This document shows, one piece after another, positions 1 through 10,040 of a stretch of 64,000 bases of DNA. Position numbers and translations under genes: made by a program. This DNA comes from a virus (taxonomy: Duplodnaviria; Heunggongvirae; Uroviricota; Caudoviricetes). Numbering within the stretch: the stretch's first letter is position 1; every line of letters starts with the position of its first letter. The stretch is from positions 19,489 to 83,488 of IMG/VR virus record IMGVR_UViG_3300036876_000145. One strand, given 5' to 3'. The notes below the pieces were generated by a model that saw nothing but the letters and a program-made list of their open reading frames with translations, had not been told where the DNA came from and did not search any database.

Positions 1-28
1 TTTCTTATCTATTTGCATCCAACTTTAT

Positions 29-874
29 ATGAGCAAATCTAAAGCCGATTCCCTGGGTGATCGGATGAAACGGCATGAAAATGTGTACCGTTTTCTTCTG
101 CCGAAGCGTACTTACACCATTCTTCGCGTTGGCAGAGCTTTCCATACATGGACTAAAGGACTGGCAAAGCCCTACGACAAGCAATTTATGGACTGCATGA
201 ATGCCGCAGCAAGGGCACTTTGTGAGCAAATCAGCGGGGCTCAATTCGCCTACATTCAATCCGATGAAATCAGTTTATTGGCTGTGGATTTTCTCGATAT
301 CAAAACTGAGCCCTGGTTTGATGGTGTGATACAGAAATGGGTGAGCGTGGGGGCTTCCATCGCTACAACGGCATTTAACCTTCAAGTCGGCTACTACCAG
401 AAGCTGGCGCTCCGCGACTCCTTCGGAGAAGGCTGGCTGGTAACGTCTGCCCGTGATACATCTTTGCTTGGCGGTAAAAAACTCATGAACGCTATGTTTG
501 ACGCTAGGGTATTCACGATTCCTGATCTGGTTGAAGTCGAAAATTACTATGTTTGGCGACAACAGGACGCTGAACGAAATAGCGTAACCATGCTGGCACA
601 AGCATACGCCAGTCACAAACAACTTCACGGAAAAAATCGTGCAGCGCAACACGAAATTATTCAAGCCGCAGGCGACAATTGGGCAAAGCACCCAGCTTCT
701 TTTAAGCACGGACGCATAATTCGGAAAATTGACTCAGTAACCATCGGAAATACCAACTGGGTAATTGACGAAAATACGCCGGTGTTTACTCGAAATCGGA
801 ATTATTTGAGAGATTTAATTCCATATGCTTGGGAAAATGATATACTGGTGAGAAAGGCGGCAACGAGTGAGTAA
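29..874 (+). CDS. Thg1-like protein (tRNA-His guanylyltransferase / tRNA 5'-end repair family)
   Basis: 281-aa ORF. AYIQSDEISLLAV resembles the Thg1 catalytic QSDEYSFVF motif. Size fits Thg1-like proteins. tRNA-rich context. Confidence 0.65.
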   Translation: MSKSKADSLGDRMKRHENVYRFLLPKRTYTILRVGRAFHTWTKGLAKPYDKQFMDCMNAAARALCEQISGAQFAYIQSDEISLLAVDFLDIKTEPWFDGVIQKWVSVGASIATTAFNLQVGYYQKLALRDSFGEGWLVTSARDTSLLGGKKLMNAMFDARVFTIPDLVEVENYYVWRQQDAERNSVTMLAQAYASHKQLHGKNRAAQHEIIQAAGDNWAKHPASFKHGRIIRKIDSVTIGNTNWVIDENTPVFTRNRNYLRDLIPYAWENDILVRKAATSE

Positions 875-1190
875 ATCTCTGGGCTATCGAGCCATTACAG
901 TATTCGATTCTCAAGTGCGATTTTGTGTTCGACAGTTGGAGACAGAAATTTACATATTTGATCATGTCATCAAGGTGCCGAATTGGGATATAAAAGGAGT
1001 CAGAGAGCCTTTCTACAGGGAAGAATATGTGTCCGTTCCAGTAGAAGAATACCTTCGCTCCGTCGTGGCACAAGAAGAGCTAGTAGAGTACGGTATCAAA
1101 GCCTCGGATGTTAAAAGATACATTTTGGAAAGACGCAAATATTTTTCTGAATTGATCGAAGATAATTTTGCTAATATTCCCTTGGAGTGA
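867..1190 (+). CDS. hypothetical protein
   Basis: 107-aa ORF packed between + strand neighbours; no recognisable motif. Confidence 0.4.
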   Translation: MSKSLGYRAITVFDSQVRFCVRQLETEIYIFDHVIKVPNWDIKGVREPFYREEYVSVPVEEYLRSVVAQEELVEYGIKASDVKRYILERRKYFSELIEDNFANIPLE

Positions 1191-1193
1191 TTT

Positions 1194-1628
1194 ATGTGTT
1201 TAAGTTCAGTTGAAAAAATATTCGACATCGCTACCAGAAGCTCAAAAAAAGCTTGGAAAATAGTTCGCTTTAATAAACCCATCCCACCAGCACCGAAAGG
1301 GAGTTATGAAACTTGTTGTTACCCTGCTTTTATTACTTCTTCTTGGCAAGTAGCCGAGGGAACGACGATAGAAAGTGTGGGGCAAGACCTCATTAACTTT
1401 TCATATAGTGCAGGATTCCATACCTTTGCCCGCAAAAAAGACGCCCAGAAAGAACTTTCCAAATGGAATGCAGAATATCCATATTATCAACTCATTCCAG
1501 TTGAAATTGATGAAATCCACACACAGGGACTTGATATGGGTATAAAACCTATGTCAGCAATAAAATTCGTCTGTATCCCACAAAGAGGAAATAGCCATGT
1601 GTTTATACACAATCACTCAAACACTTAA
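1194..1628 (+). CDS. MCL-family small protein (paralog 1 of 4)
   Basis: Starts Met-Cys-Leu. Shares AWKIV, GFHT(F/Y) and IPVEIDEI..G.D motifs with the ORFs at 23117 and 23543 and the fragment at 2532. Confidence 0.55.
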   Translation: MCLSSVEKIFDIATRSSKKAWKIVRFNKPIPPAPKGSYETCCYPAFITSSWQVAEGTTIESVGQDLINFSYSAGFHTFARKKDAQKELSKWNAEYPYYQLIPVEIDEIHTQGLDMGIKPMSAIKFVCIPQRGNSHVFIHNHSNT

Positions 1629-1817
1629 TCCCCCAGATCATAAAGTTCGCAAAGCTTGGAAGATCGTTACTGGTCGTAACTCATCCCCATTTTATCATAT
1701 TATACTAACTTCTAAGTGGAGCATCGGATGGTGTGGGGCTCTAAAGAAGCACTCCTCGTCGCCCTCGTAGACGGTGTAAGCTCCAGCTTGCTTCATACTA
1801 ATGAATACTGAAGTTTC

Positions 1818-1894
1818 GGCGCGTGTTGTTTAACGGTTAGCATATCTCCCTCTTAAGGAGCAAGGTGCAGGTTCGAATCCTGCCGCGCCGACCA
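1818..1894 (+). tRNA. tRNA, probable Lys (anticodon CTT), CCA encoded
   Basis: Acceptor cggcgcg/cgcgccg, T-arm gcaggttcgaatcctgc, anticodon loop ctCTTaa. Manual fold; D-arm imperfect. Confidence 0.5.
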
Positions 1895-2092
1895 AAATTT
1901 GAGTTTTGTGGTATTGTAGTGTATGGAACTAAAAATTGGACCGTACACAGCAACGGGGTCACAAGCATGGGTTGAGTTTTGCCGCTTCGTGATCGAGGAT
2001 TTGCAAGACGGGGAAATTTTTCATTGGCCTCCGTATAGCTCGGTTGGATTTGCAGCGAAGTATCCCGAGCACGTCGGTAGACTACAAGCTTT

Positions 2093-2434
2093 ATGAGTAT
2101 AGACGGAAACGGGCATATCAACGTTGACGATCTCGCGGATGCTTTCGCGGCGATATTTCGTCACGACATGGAGCCGCCTGAACTGATGATTTGGGCTGAT
2201 CCACCGGGAAGAGAATCGGGCACTTGGGTGTTCCGCAGGGGTCACGAACCCAGTTGTCTCGGCGATGACGCGGCAAAGCGCGAAGGTCGGAACTTTGACC
2301 CGCTCTACGGCACCGTCGAAATCTACTGCACGTACTGTGGGTCCTTCGTGGACATGCTCTGGCGCTGGCAGACGAGCGACAGCGTGTGGCAGAAGTTCAG
2401 GGATCAAGCAAAGTTCGGGTTAGCTCAAGGTTAG
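2093..2434 (+). CDS. hypothetical protein inside a GC-rich island
   Basis: 113-aa ORF in a ~55% GC segment (about 1900-2500) flanked by tRNA and tRNA-like elements. No homology recognised. Confidence 0.3.
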   Translation: MSIDGNGHINVDDLADAFAAIFRHDMEPPELMIWADPPGRESGTWVFRRGHEPSCLGDDAAKREGRNFDPLYGTVEIYCTYCGSFVDMLWRWQTSDSVWQKFRDQAKFGLAQG

Positions 2435-2487
2435 GCAGAGCAGCCGCGCAAGCGGAAGACCGGCGGGTTCGACTCCCGCCCCCTAAG
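2412..2487 (+). ncRNA. tRNA-like element with a GNRA tetraloop in place of the anticodon loop
   Basis: D-arm-like tagctcaaggttaggcagagc and T-arm cggcgggttcgactcccgcc. The anticodon position is the hairpin ccgc-GCAA-gcgg. No clean acceptor pairing found. Confidence 0.3.
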
Positions 2488-2531
2488 TAACAGGGTTTCA
2501 CTCTTATTTTTCAAAAAAAGATGCTGATGCT

Positions 2532-2732
2532 ATGGTACAAGCCATTACTCCTTACCATGTTGATGGCCAATATTCAGTTGTACCTGTTGAGATCAAAGAT
2601 ATAACTTACATAGGTACAGACGGTACTATGTGGTACACCACTCCAGAGACGCGTAGTATAAGAAATTATGTATCAAATAAAATAAGACTTCTTCCAATCA
2701 AGAAAAAGAAAAATAAAAAGAAAGGAAAATAA
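2532..2732 (+). CDS. MCL-family C-terminal fragment (truncated paralog)
   Basis: 66 aa matching only the C-terminal motif of the family (VPVEIKDITYIGTDG...NYVSNKIRLLP plus a lysine tail). Lies just downstream of the GC island. Confidence 0.4.
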   Translation: MVQAITPYHVDGQYSVVPVEIKDITYIGTDGTMWYTTPETRSIRNYVSNKIRLLPIKKKKNKKKGK

Positions 2733-2733
2733 A

Positions 2734-3138
2734 GTGAAAATTGGGATCAGAGGGTGGCTCTTGGTGTTCGTCATCTGGATGTACTGTAATGCTCTGGTTT
2801 ATTTTCTAGCGTCTTTTGACTCTTCCGACCCTTGGCTTGGGAATGGAGGGATTAAAAACTTTCATTCTTTCATACCCATATTTTTAACTCTCTTGGCGAG
2901 TGCTTCAGCCATACTATTAACAAAAAAAAGAGTAGAAGGCATACTTCTCGCTGTGGGTTTTTTAGTCTTGAGTGTGGTTGTGACGACAGTCTTGGTATTT
3001 TGGAGTATATCCGCTAAGAGTTTGTTTGTACCCTTATATTTTTTATCTTTGGTACGAACTTCTATCGCTGCGTGTATTTGGATACCGTATCTTAACTACT
3101 CTCAAAGAGTAAGGAACACTTTCGGGACAAATCTATGA
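2734..3138 (+). CDS. small membrane protein
   Basis: 134 aa with multiple hydrophobic helices. Confidence 0.5.
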   Translation: MKIGIRGWLLVFVIWMYCNALVYFLASFDSSDPWLGNGGIKNFHSFIPIFLTLLASASAILLTKKRVEGILLAVGFLVLSVVVTTVLVFWSISAKSLFVPLYFLSLVRTSIAACIWIPYLNYSQRVRNTFGTNL

Positions 3139-3169
3139 CCCTTTCATCTAACTTAGTCACAAAGTCCAC

Positions 3170-3496
3170 ATGGGGCAGTATATTTTGTATAATATCGGCT
3201 TGATTCTACTGATATTGTTGGGTATGTTTGGGTACCAGTGGGCCTATGTCCTGTACGGTCTGTTGATGCTTATGTCTTGTATCGGATGTCGATTGGTTTT
3301 ATTCTATGGGCAGACAGAGGATAACAAAAAATTTCAAGCCATAATGAACCAATCAGTATCCCCTGTCTTTAGCGTCGGGGTTGACATGTTCCAGGTATTT
3401 TTGCTAGGCTTTGGCTGGCACTTGTTTTTAGCTGCACTGGTTGTCGTGTCCCAATGGGATGAGATGGAAATCCGAAAACGCAGACTGGGAAGATGA
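3170..3496 (+). CDS. small membrane protein
   Basis: 108 aa, hydrophobic. Confidence 0.45.
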   Translation: MGQYILYNIGLILLILLGMFGYQWAYVLYGLLMLMSCIGCRLVLFYGQTEDNKKFQAIMNQSVSPVFSVGVDMFQVFLLGFGWHLFLAALVVVSQWDEMEIRKRRLGR

Positions 3497-4023
3497 TTAG
3501 ATTTTGGACAAAACGCGCAGGGGACGCGATATTCGCCATAAGGTGGGTGCTTTTTCCCATTAACTTGGCCTTGATCGTAGCGCTTTCTTTGTATGTGGTC
3601 GCTTTCTTAGTCAATGATTACATGTTTGTTGTCCATCAATTTACATGGGATATGGAATCCCTAATGGTGATGTTATTGGGATTCGTTGATGCCAGCATGG
3701 TAGCAAATTTAATTGTCATGGTGGTACAAGGCGGGCACCAAATTTTTATCCATAAATTTGATTTAGAAGAGAAGGATGAACGCCCCCAATGGCTGGATCA
3801 TATTGACTCCGGTATTTTGAAAGTAAAAATTTCCTTGTCTATCGCCGGAATCACATTGATTCAAATTCTAAAAGACTTTGTACACATTGAGCGCACTGAT
3901 TGGGGGCTTACGGAACACCGAATCATCATTCATGTGGTAGCATTAATATCAGCCCTAATGATGGCGTTAATTTGGCGAGTGACGCATCCTCAATGGGCAC
4001 ATGAGCATAAGGAACCTGTATGA
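3493..4023 (+). CDS. membrane protein
   Basis: 176 aa, several transmembrane segments; start overlaps the previous stop. Confidence 0.5.
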   Translation: MIRFWTKRAGDAIFAIRWVLFPINLALIVALSLYVVAFLVNDYMFVVHQFTWDMESLMVMLLGFVDASMVANLIVMVVQGGHQIFIHKFDLEEKDERPQWLDHIDSGILKVKISLSIAGITLIQILKDFVHIERTDWGLTEHRIIIHVVALISALMMALIWRVTHPQWAHEHKEPV

Positions 4024-4436
4024 GCAATGTATCATCGGATACCCAAAATCCGCTTGTTTTAATCATCATCGCTATAATCACGCTCACCTTTGCATCTTGT
4101 AATGGGTGTGATACCAGGCACAAAGCAAAAATCTATAAAATAAAAAACCATCACATTGTAATGCAAGATGACCAAGGCAAATGGTGGGAGTATGTACTAA
4201 AAAATATGGATATTGATGTAGATATCCCCTTTACCGGCGGAGAATTGAAATTACCCAGCGGGGGCAGCTGGCGTGCAGCAACAAAAGCAGAGGAAGAAGA
4301 AATAGACAAAGCTACCAACGAAGAAGAAACCACTGTAGATGAGTCTACGAATGACGCTGGCGCGTCTCCCGATGGTAGCGGAGATGTAGGGGGCGATTCA
4401 GGCGGGGGTGATGGAGGAGGAGGAGGCGATGACTAG
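4020..4436 (+). CDS. hypothetical protein with an acidic Gly/Asp-rich C-terminal tail
   Basis: 138 aa; N-terminal hydrophobic helix; tail ...GGDSGGGDGGGGGDD. Confidence 0.45.
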   Translation: MSNVSSDTQNPLVLIIIAIITLTFASCNGCDTRHKAKIYKIKNHHIVMQDDQGKWWEYVLKNMDIDVDIPFTGGELKLPSGGSWRAATKAEEEEIDKATNEEETTVDESTNDAGASPDGSGDVGGDSGGGDGGGGGDD

Positions 4437-4595
4437 TATATTTCATACAATTGTTTACCCTGGCGAAGATATGTTCAACGCTATTTGTCGTGCTGGGCAG
4501 GATGCCGCACATAACGGGTTTTCCGGTTATTCAATAGATTGCGAGCGATGCGGTCAAGCAGTTGATAGCCATGAAGTTCCGTCAGACTGTATCGT

Positions 4596-5012
4596 ATGGG
4601 CGGGATTGACGGCATGAAAAATCTCCAGCAAGAGAAATACGAGGATGATAATGGGCACGAGATAGGCGCATCAGAAGTGCAGATGCTCGCCTCGTATGTT
4701 CACCACGCCGACGGGTTCTACGACTGGACTTGTGGCTCGTGCGGTGCGGAGCACGCTGACCGCTGGTGGGATATTTCTGGCAGGGTAATTGCCTGCCCCG
4801 ATTGCAAGAAAATGAACTTGCTTGTTCGCACTAACTGCGCCGAAATAACCGAACTTGTGCGGCGCAAGTTCGAGTCTGAGGAGCGTGACCTCGAACTGAA
4901 GCGACTCCAGGGAATAGAGAAGTACAACGACGATCAGCTTCTCAAGATCAAGCGCGAAATTATGGGACTCGTGGAAGATGCGATTCGCTCCCAACTGCCG
5001 AAAAGAGGTTAG
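4596..5012 (+). CDS. zinc-ribbon protein
   Basis: 138 aa; CxxC...CPDC pair (CGSCGAEH ... ACPDCKK); GC-richer segment. Confidence 0.45.
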   Translation: MGGIDGMKNLQQEKYEDDNGHEIGASEVQMLASYVHHADGFYDWTCGSCGAEHADRWWDISGRVIACPDCKKMNLLVRTNCAEITELVRRKFESEERDLELKRLQGIEKYNDDQLLKIKREIMGLVEDAIRSQLPKRG

Positions 5013-5017
5013 CCAAA

Positions 5018-5343
5018 TGAACAGTCAACAAAGAATCGAGACCAGCGCAGAGCTTAAAGCTGCCCGCGAACGAGGGCGCTTTACGCCAACGCAGATCAAC
5101 AAACTCAAGGCCGTGAGTCAGAGTCTCAACGACTCGCGGTTTGATGTGAGGGCAATTGAATATAGCCTCACGCGGCAGCTTCACGAGCTTCAAGTGATTT
5201 GTCCGCATCCCTTCCGCTTCGTTAGCTGGACAGAACGAATCCCAGCTGGACAGGTCAAGGGTATCTGCGAACTCTGCGGCGACAATAACATTTGGTTTCA
5301 CACGTACCCGAAGAAAATGCGGGACACAGTGAAGTTCGTGTGA
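5018..5343 (+). CDS. hypothetical protein
   Basis: ORF 4978-5343 trimmed to the internal Met at MNSQQRIE. Confidence 0.4.
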
Positions 5344-5849
5344 TATGATAGAAAAGCTGAAAGCCCACCCGAGGCCCAAAAGTGGATCTCGTGGGTCGGA
5401 AAGAAGACATTCTGATGCCCAAGAAAATGACCAAAGAGCGGCTGCTTCGTTTGGCCGTGGCGAAGGTGAATCGTCTCACTGATGATGAGTTGCACAATTT
5501 CGTTTTCAATATCAATTGCTGCCCGCACAAGAAGACACATCCAGTCGGCATGGACTCGTCCTGCGACGATTGCGGAGCGTGGGTCTAATGCCAAGGCTTA
5601 AGATAGGAACTGGATCATGGCCGTACAAACGGAGATGGCGGGACGGCCCTACTTGGGATTGGCTTTGCCGGGTATTCGGGCATCAAAAAGAATGGTATCA
5701 CTGGTATGCCAGTGCAGGGGACAAGTTGGGTACGGAAATTGCCCGTGCATTGGGCTGGGGAAGTGGCCGAATAAAACCGCATTGGCACCGACATGGGACT
5801 GATTCCGCGAACGGTTTCATTTGTGGCAGGTGCGGAAAGGCTGGTATAT

Positions 5850-6369
5850 GAATATCACACAGAAGCAGGCACGAGCCAATGAGGATGCGGTCTGGGCTGT
5901 CTACCCCAAAGCGACCTACTTTGGCGTTGATGCTAAGAAGAACTTTTCCCATCCCGAAAACTGTGTCTGTGAGGTATACAGATCAGACGCTCTCGACGCC
6001 CCCGTGATCGGCTCGGGCGACACTTACGAAGAAGCGTGGGCCGACGCCGTAGCAAAGTTACCCAACCCGAACCGTCACATTCCTCAACGGAGTAAATCAA
6101 ATGGGTCAACCGGACGAAAACGAAATCCAAGCACTGGTAAGCGGAGCAAACGGCTATCAGAAGTTGAAGATCTTGAAGATCTTCTTGTACTGTCTTATAT
6201 CACAATCGTATATCTCCAGGAATGGCTCAGAGATCTTGATTCAACTCAGTTTGATAAAGAAGGACTAACTCAACTAAAAGAAGCCGATGAAATTAAAGAA
6301 AGATTAAAAACAGTTCTAGAACAGCTTCAGGGTGATGCGCCGATGAATCCGCCGCAGGCTCGTGGTTGA
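5850..6369 (+). CDS. hypothetical protein
   Basis: ORF 5821-6369, start moved to MNITQKQ; basic central region. Confidence 0.4.
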
Positions 6370-6397
6370 CAAATTTTAGGTATCTTGTATCCTATTT

Positions 6398-6838
6398 ATG
6401 AAAACAAAAAAGAAAGCTAAAGCAAAAACTCAAAAAAAGGTGGTTATGGAAAAACATTTTGTAACATTTTTCAGCCCGGGTACATTTGTAGCAGAAACAA
6501 GCTGCTTATCTATTGATTCTTGGGATGTTGAAGAAGCCAAGAAAAAAGCTCGCGGGATCAAAGAACGTCATGACGCTGTACCTTATGGATTTAGGTTTTC
6601 TACTCGCAGCAGGGGAGTGGATGATTTGGACTCCAAAGAAACCAAAACAAGCGGGATGTATTACTTGGGCGGTAAGGTCGAGACTTTGAAACAAGTGAAA
6701 GCTCGCGCAACTAAAGACGATGCAATACTCGTCTCCAACATGGAATGTAACAACTGGAAGCGTATTGTTACTACCACGAATGGGTATCGATGGACTCAGC
6801 CTCTAAAAGATGAAGATAAAGTGGTGGATTGGTCTTAA
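6398..6838 (+). CDS. hypothetical protein
   Basis: 146-aa ORF with a lysine-rich N-terminus. Confidence 0.45.
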   Translation: MKTKKKAKAKTQKKVVMEKHFVTFFSPGTFVAETSCLSIDSWDVEEAKKKARGIKERHDAVPYGFRFSTRSRGVDDLDSKETKTSGMYYLGGKVETLKQVKARATKDDAILVSNMECNNWKRIVTTTNGYRWTQPLKDEDKVVDWS

Positions 6839-6886
6839 TACCATTTTTTTCTTATCTATAAACCGCTAGGTTCAGTATTAGGAGAC

Positions 6887-7372
6887 ATGGAAGAGTTTAA
6901 AAAAACAGGTGAGGAACGTGTATTTAAGGGCGGTGCGAGTAGAGACGCAGCGATAGGGAAAGGGGCACCACACTGGATGCCTTCTATTGCTCTTTTCCTT
7001 GTTTCTCGCATTTACGAGAACGGTAACATCCAAAGGGATAAACTCAACGGCGGCATCGGCAATGGGGATACTCGTAATTGGGAAAATGGAATGCCAATTA
7101 ATGAGTTGCTTGGTTCCGCCGAACGCCACATTCAGCGTTATCGAGAAGGAGATCGCAATGAACCCCACCTCCCCCAAGCCGCTTGGAATATTCTTAACGC
7201 CATAATGATGTCTGTTTGGATTTGGCTTGGTTACAGAGATGTTAGTTTCAATAATCTTCCCGATCACATCCACAATTGGAAACCTGGAGATCCTTCACCC
7301 TGCCCCTTAAGTCCCCAAGAAATAGAATGGTTGAAAGTACGTGGAATAGAAAAAAATAACACAACTCAGTAA
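6887..7372 (+). CDS. hypothetical protein
   Basis: 161-aa ORF. Confidence 0.45.
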   Translation: MEEFKKTGEERVFKGGASRDAAIGKGAPHWMPSIALFLVSRIYENGNIQRDKLNGGIGNGDTRNWENGMPINELLGSAERHIQRYREGDRNEPHLPQAAWNILNAIMMSVWIWLGYRDVSFNNLPDHIHNWKPGDPSPCPLSPQEIEWLKVRGIEKNNTTQ

Positions 7373-7416
7373 ATCCATAAAAACAGTGACTTTCTACTTC
7401 TTCTGTAGAAACCGTC

Positions 7417-10008
7417 ATGCCTAATCTTTTACAAAAACTTACTTATTTCGACCCGGAAACCAGTAGACAATTTGTCATTGGGGATAAGGGATTCGCCTGG
7501 AAACAAGCGGTAAAATCTCCCGAAGACTCAAAAGTAACTCGTCTGGTAGCTCAATACGGCTGGGAATTGAAGTACGGTACGGATACATTTTTGCTTTTTA
7601 AGCGCCCCAAGCAAAAAGGGGAATTAAATGTACTGCGAGGTACCAAACAATGGTTTTTGGACATGGGCGGGCCGGTTTATGAAGATACCCCCGGGGGAAC
7701 GGGATTAAAGAGCCTACAGAGGGCTCTAGAGGATAACCAGATGAATATATCAAAAGCGGCTAACCCCGCTGCTACAGCTGTTAATAACGCCGCAAAAGGC
7801 ACTCCAGGATTAAATAGACGCCCAGATTACGCAGAAGCTGATTCCATTGTTGCTTTGGATGGTGGGGTTAAAACAGGAAGTACGGGTTTGCCAGCTACTT
7901 TATATGTTACGAGCGCCGATTACAAAGGCATTACTCTAGAGAAATTTTCTTTTAGCCCAAATATCGAAAAAGCTAGGATATTTCCTCCTCTTATGGCTAA
8001 AAGTTTAAGCAATCAAATCAAAGGTAGATTTGGTGTCACTTCCCACATCATTTTAGCCTATAATTATGAGGAAATGTTTAAGTCTATACTTGCTTTAAAC
8101 CCTGAATCCAAGTTTTTGATAGATAAAGAAATTACATGGGCTAAGCGGAGTCTCAAAAAACAGGATCGAGTTATTTGGTTTTTGCGCTGGATCCGCTTGG
8201 CTATCATGCAAGAACTTTATCATGCCGCTGGAGCCGCTGGATCTGGTAGACCTGCTGAACCAACATCCCCAGGCGAGAAATCCAGAGAACAGATTTATAA
8301 AGAGCGAGTAAAGAATGTTCTAGATCAATACAAAAAAGACATGTCAGCAAAAGGGGGAAATCCAGATGCTGATAGTATGAGTATAGGAGATTTATCGACT
8401 ATACATGCAAATTTAGATCACTTTTATGGTTTGAATGTACCGGAGATCAATAATTATAGTCCGACAGTAGAAACTTGGACTGATTTACGACAACGATTTT
8501 CTAGCATTGAGCAGGCTTGGGCAGAAGCAGCAAAACGAGGACTTAAACCTAAAACAGAAGATAAAGTTTTTATTAAGTTTCCCGATGGTTGGGCTTGGTG
8601 GTTTTTACCTCGCTCTTCCTGTGACCAAGAAGCTAAAGCCATGGGTCACTGCGGAAATTCCCCTTTCGCCGGTAGAGAAGGTATCGGCATACTCAGTTTA
8701 CGCAGACCAGTTAAACACGGAAAAGATTTTTTGTGGGAACCTCATCTTACATTCATTCTTCATGAAGACCCACCAGGTGCTGACAGTGGAACTTTAGGGG
8801 AAATGAAGGGTAAAGGTAATGCAAAACCTACTCCTCAATACCATCCATATATTATGAAATTATTGGAAGATCATAGAATACAAGGCGTTGGCGGCGGTGG
8901 AATCTTAGCGTCTCACAATTTTTCTTTTTCTGATCTTACCCCTGAACAACAAGCCATCGTCAATAAAATTAATCCAGGCGTAGGAATGACCATCGCAGGA
9001 TATTATAAAGAACATGGAATGGATGGAAAGCTGTTGAAAAAAATCAAAGCTATTTTGGGTTTAGAAAGTGCTACATACGACCCAAAATACGGAGTAGCGG
9101 TTGCCTCTTGGCCTAATGAAGAAGAGTTCATTAAGAAAACAGGTGACAGTGAAGCTAAGAAAGCGTGGATGTTTGTTCAGACTGGTGAACACAACTATGA
9201 CAGCCCGGATATCGATGAACTCACGGACTTGCTTAACGGAATCAATGATCCGCAAATCCATAATATTGGTTTATCCCTCACTTATGATTTTCCAGTAGAA
9301 ATGCAATCATGGTATTCAAATTTCAACCCTAATGATAAAGTTGCGGTGAAATTGGCGCTTACAGATTTATATAATGCTTACATCGCTAAAGGGCAAAAAG
9401 TTTTTGACCAGGAAGTTGACAAACTCAAAAAATATTTAACTACTCAGGAAAATGAGATGAATGAAACGGGAGGATTCGCAAATCCTGAAGTTATACAAGA
9501 GATAAAAGAAAAATTAAAGGGTTACGATCAAAATAAAGTGTGGGATGCTGTGCCTGTACTACAAAAATTGCATGCTGCATATGTGGCTGGGGGACCAAAC
9601 CAAGCAGAGGTAAGGGCAAATATTAAAAAGAAAGTCCAAGAAGGCTTAAAAGATAAAGATAGGATCAAAATCACAACAACCACCGATGGTCGTTATTTGC
9701 AACTCATGGATGAAAAGAAACTGGTAAAAGATGCCCAAGGCCACCAAGACGCTGAAGGCACGGGAGGGTATTACGATACTCCCGAATTTCGCTGGTCATT
9801 CCCCTATGATTGGGATGAGTGGAACCCCGAAAGAACAAATAAGGCTGTAGCTAAACTTTTTGGCGAACCTTCTAAAAAACCATCAAGGAATGTGAAGCAA
9901 AAAAGACTGTTTCCTGAGCCAAAAACTAATGAAGATGCCGTGCGCAAAGGCATTGCAGTGTCAAGTTTTAGGAATCCCTTATTACAAAAAAGACTCATTT
10001 TTGAGTAG
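7417..10008 (+). CDS. large hypothetical protein (863 aa)
   Basis: Long uninterrupted ORF. A GHCGNS motif but no fold recognised. Lies upstream of the alarmone hydrolase / AAA / Pup-like genes. Confidence 0.7.
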   Translation: MPNLLQKLTYFDPETSRQFVIGDKGFAWKQAVKSPEDSKVTRLVAQYGWELKYGTDTFLLFKRPKQKGELNVLRGTKQWFLDMGGPVYEDTPGGTGLKSLQRALEDNQMNISKAANPAATAVNNAAKGTPGLNRRPDYAEADSIVALDGGVKTGSTGLPATLYVTSADYKGITLEKFSFSPNIEKARIFPPLMAKSLSNQIKGRFGVTSHIILAYNYEEMFKSILALNPESKFLIDKEITWAKRSLKKQDRVIWFLRWIRLAIMQELYHAAGAAGSGRPAEPTSPGEKSREQIYKERVKNVLDQYKKDMSAKGGNPDADSMSIGDLSTIHANLDHFYGLNVPEINNYSPTVETWTDLRQRFSSIEQAWAEAAKRGLKPKTEDKVFIKFPDGWAWWFLPRSSCDQEAKAMGHCGNSPFAGREGIGILSLRRPVKHGKDFLWEPHLTFILHEDPPGADSGTLGEMKGKGNAKPTPQYHPYIMKLLEDHRIQGVGGGGILASHNFSFSDLTPEQQAIVNKINPGVGMTIAGYYKEHGMDGKLLKKIKAILGLESATYDPKYGVAVASWPNEEEFIKKTGDSEAKKAWMFVQTGEHNYDSPDIDELTDLLNGINDPQIHNIGLSLTYDFPVEMQSWYSNFNPNDKVAVKLALTDLYNAYIAKGQKVFDQEVDKLKKYLTTQENEMNETGGFANPEVIQEIKEKLKGYDQNKVWDAVPVLQKLHAAYVAGGPNQAEVRANIKKKVQEGLKDKDRIKITTTTDGRYLQLMDEKKLVKDAQGHQDAEGTGGYYDTPEFRWSFPYDWDEWNPERTNKAVAKLFGEPSKKPSRNVKQKRLFPEPKTNEDAVRKGIAVSSFRNPLLQKRLIFE

Positions 10009-10040
10009 ACAAACCCCTGCTTCAACTGTATAATAATAGC

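Noticed and set aside
1818-1894. Assigning this tRNA as an ochre suppressor (anticodon TTA)
   Set aside because: With the best-paired anticodon stem the 7-nt loop is ctCTTaa, with U33 followed by CTT. TTA would require a C at position 33.
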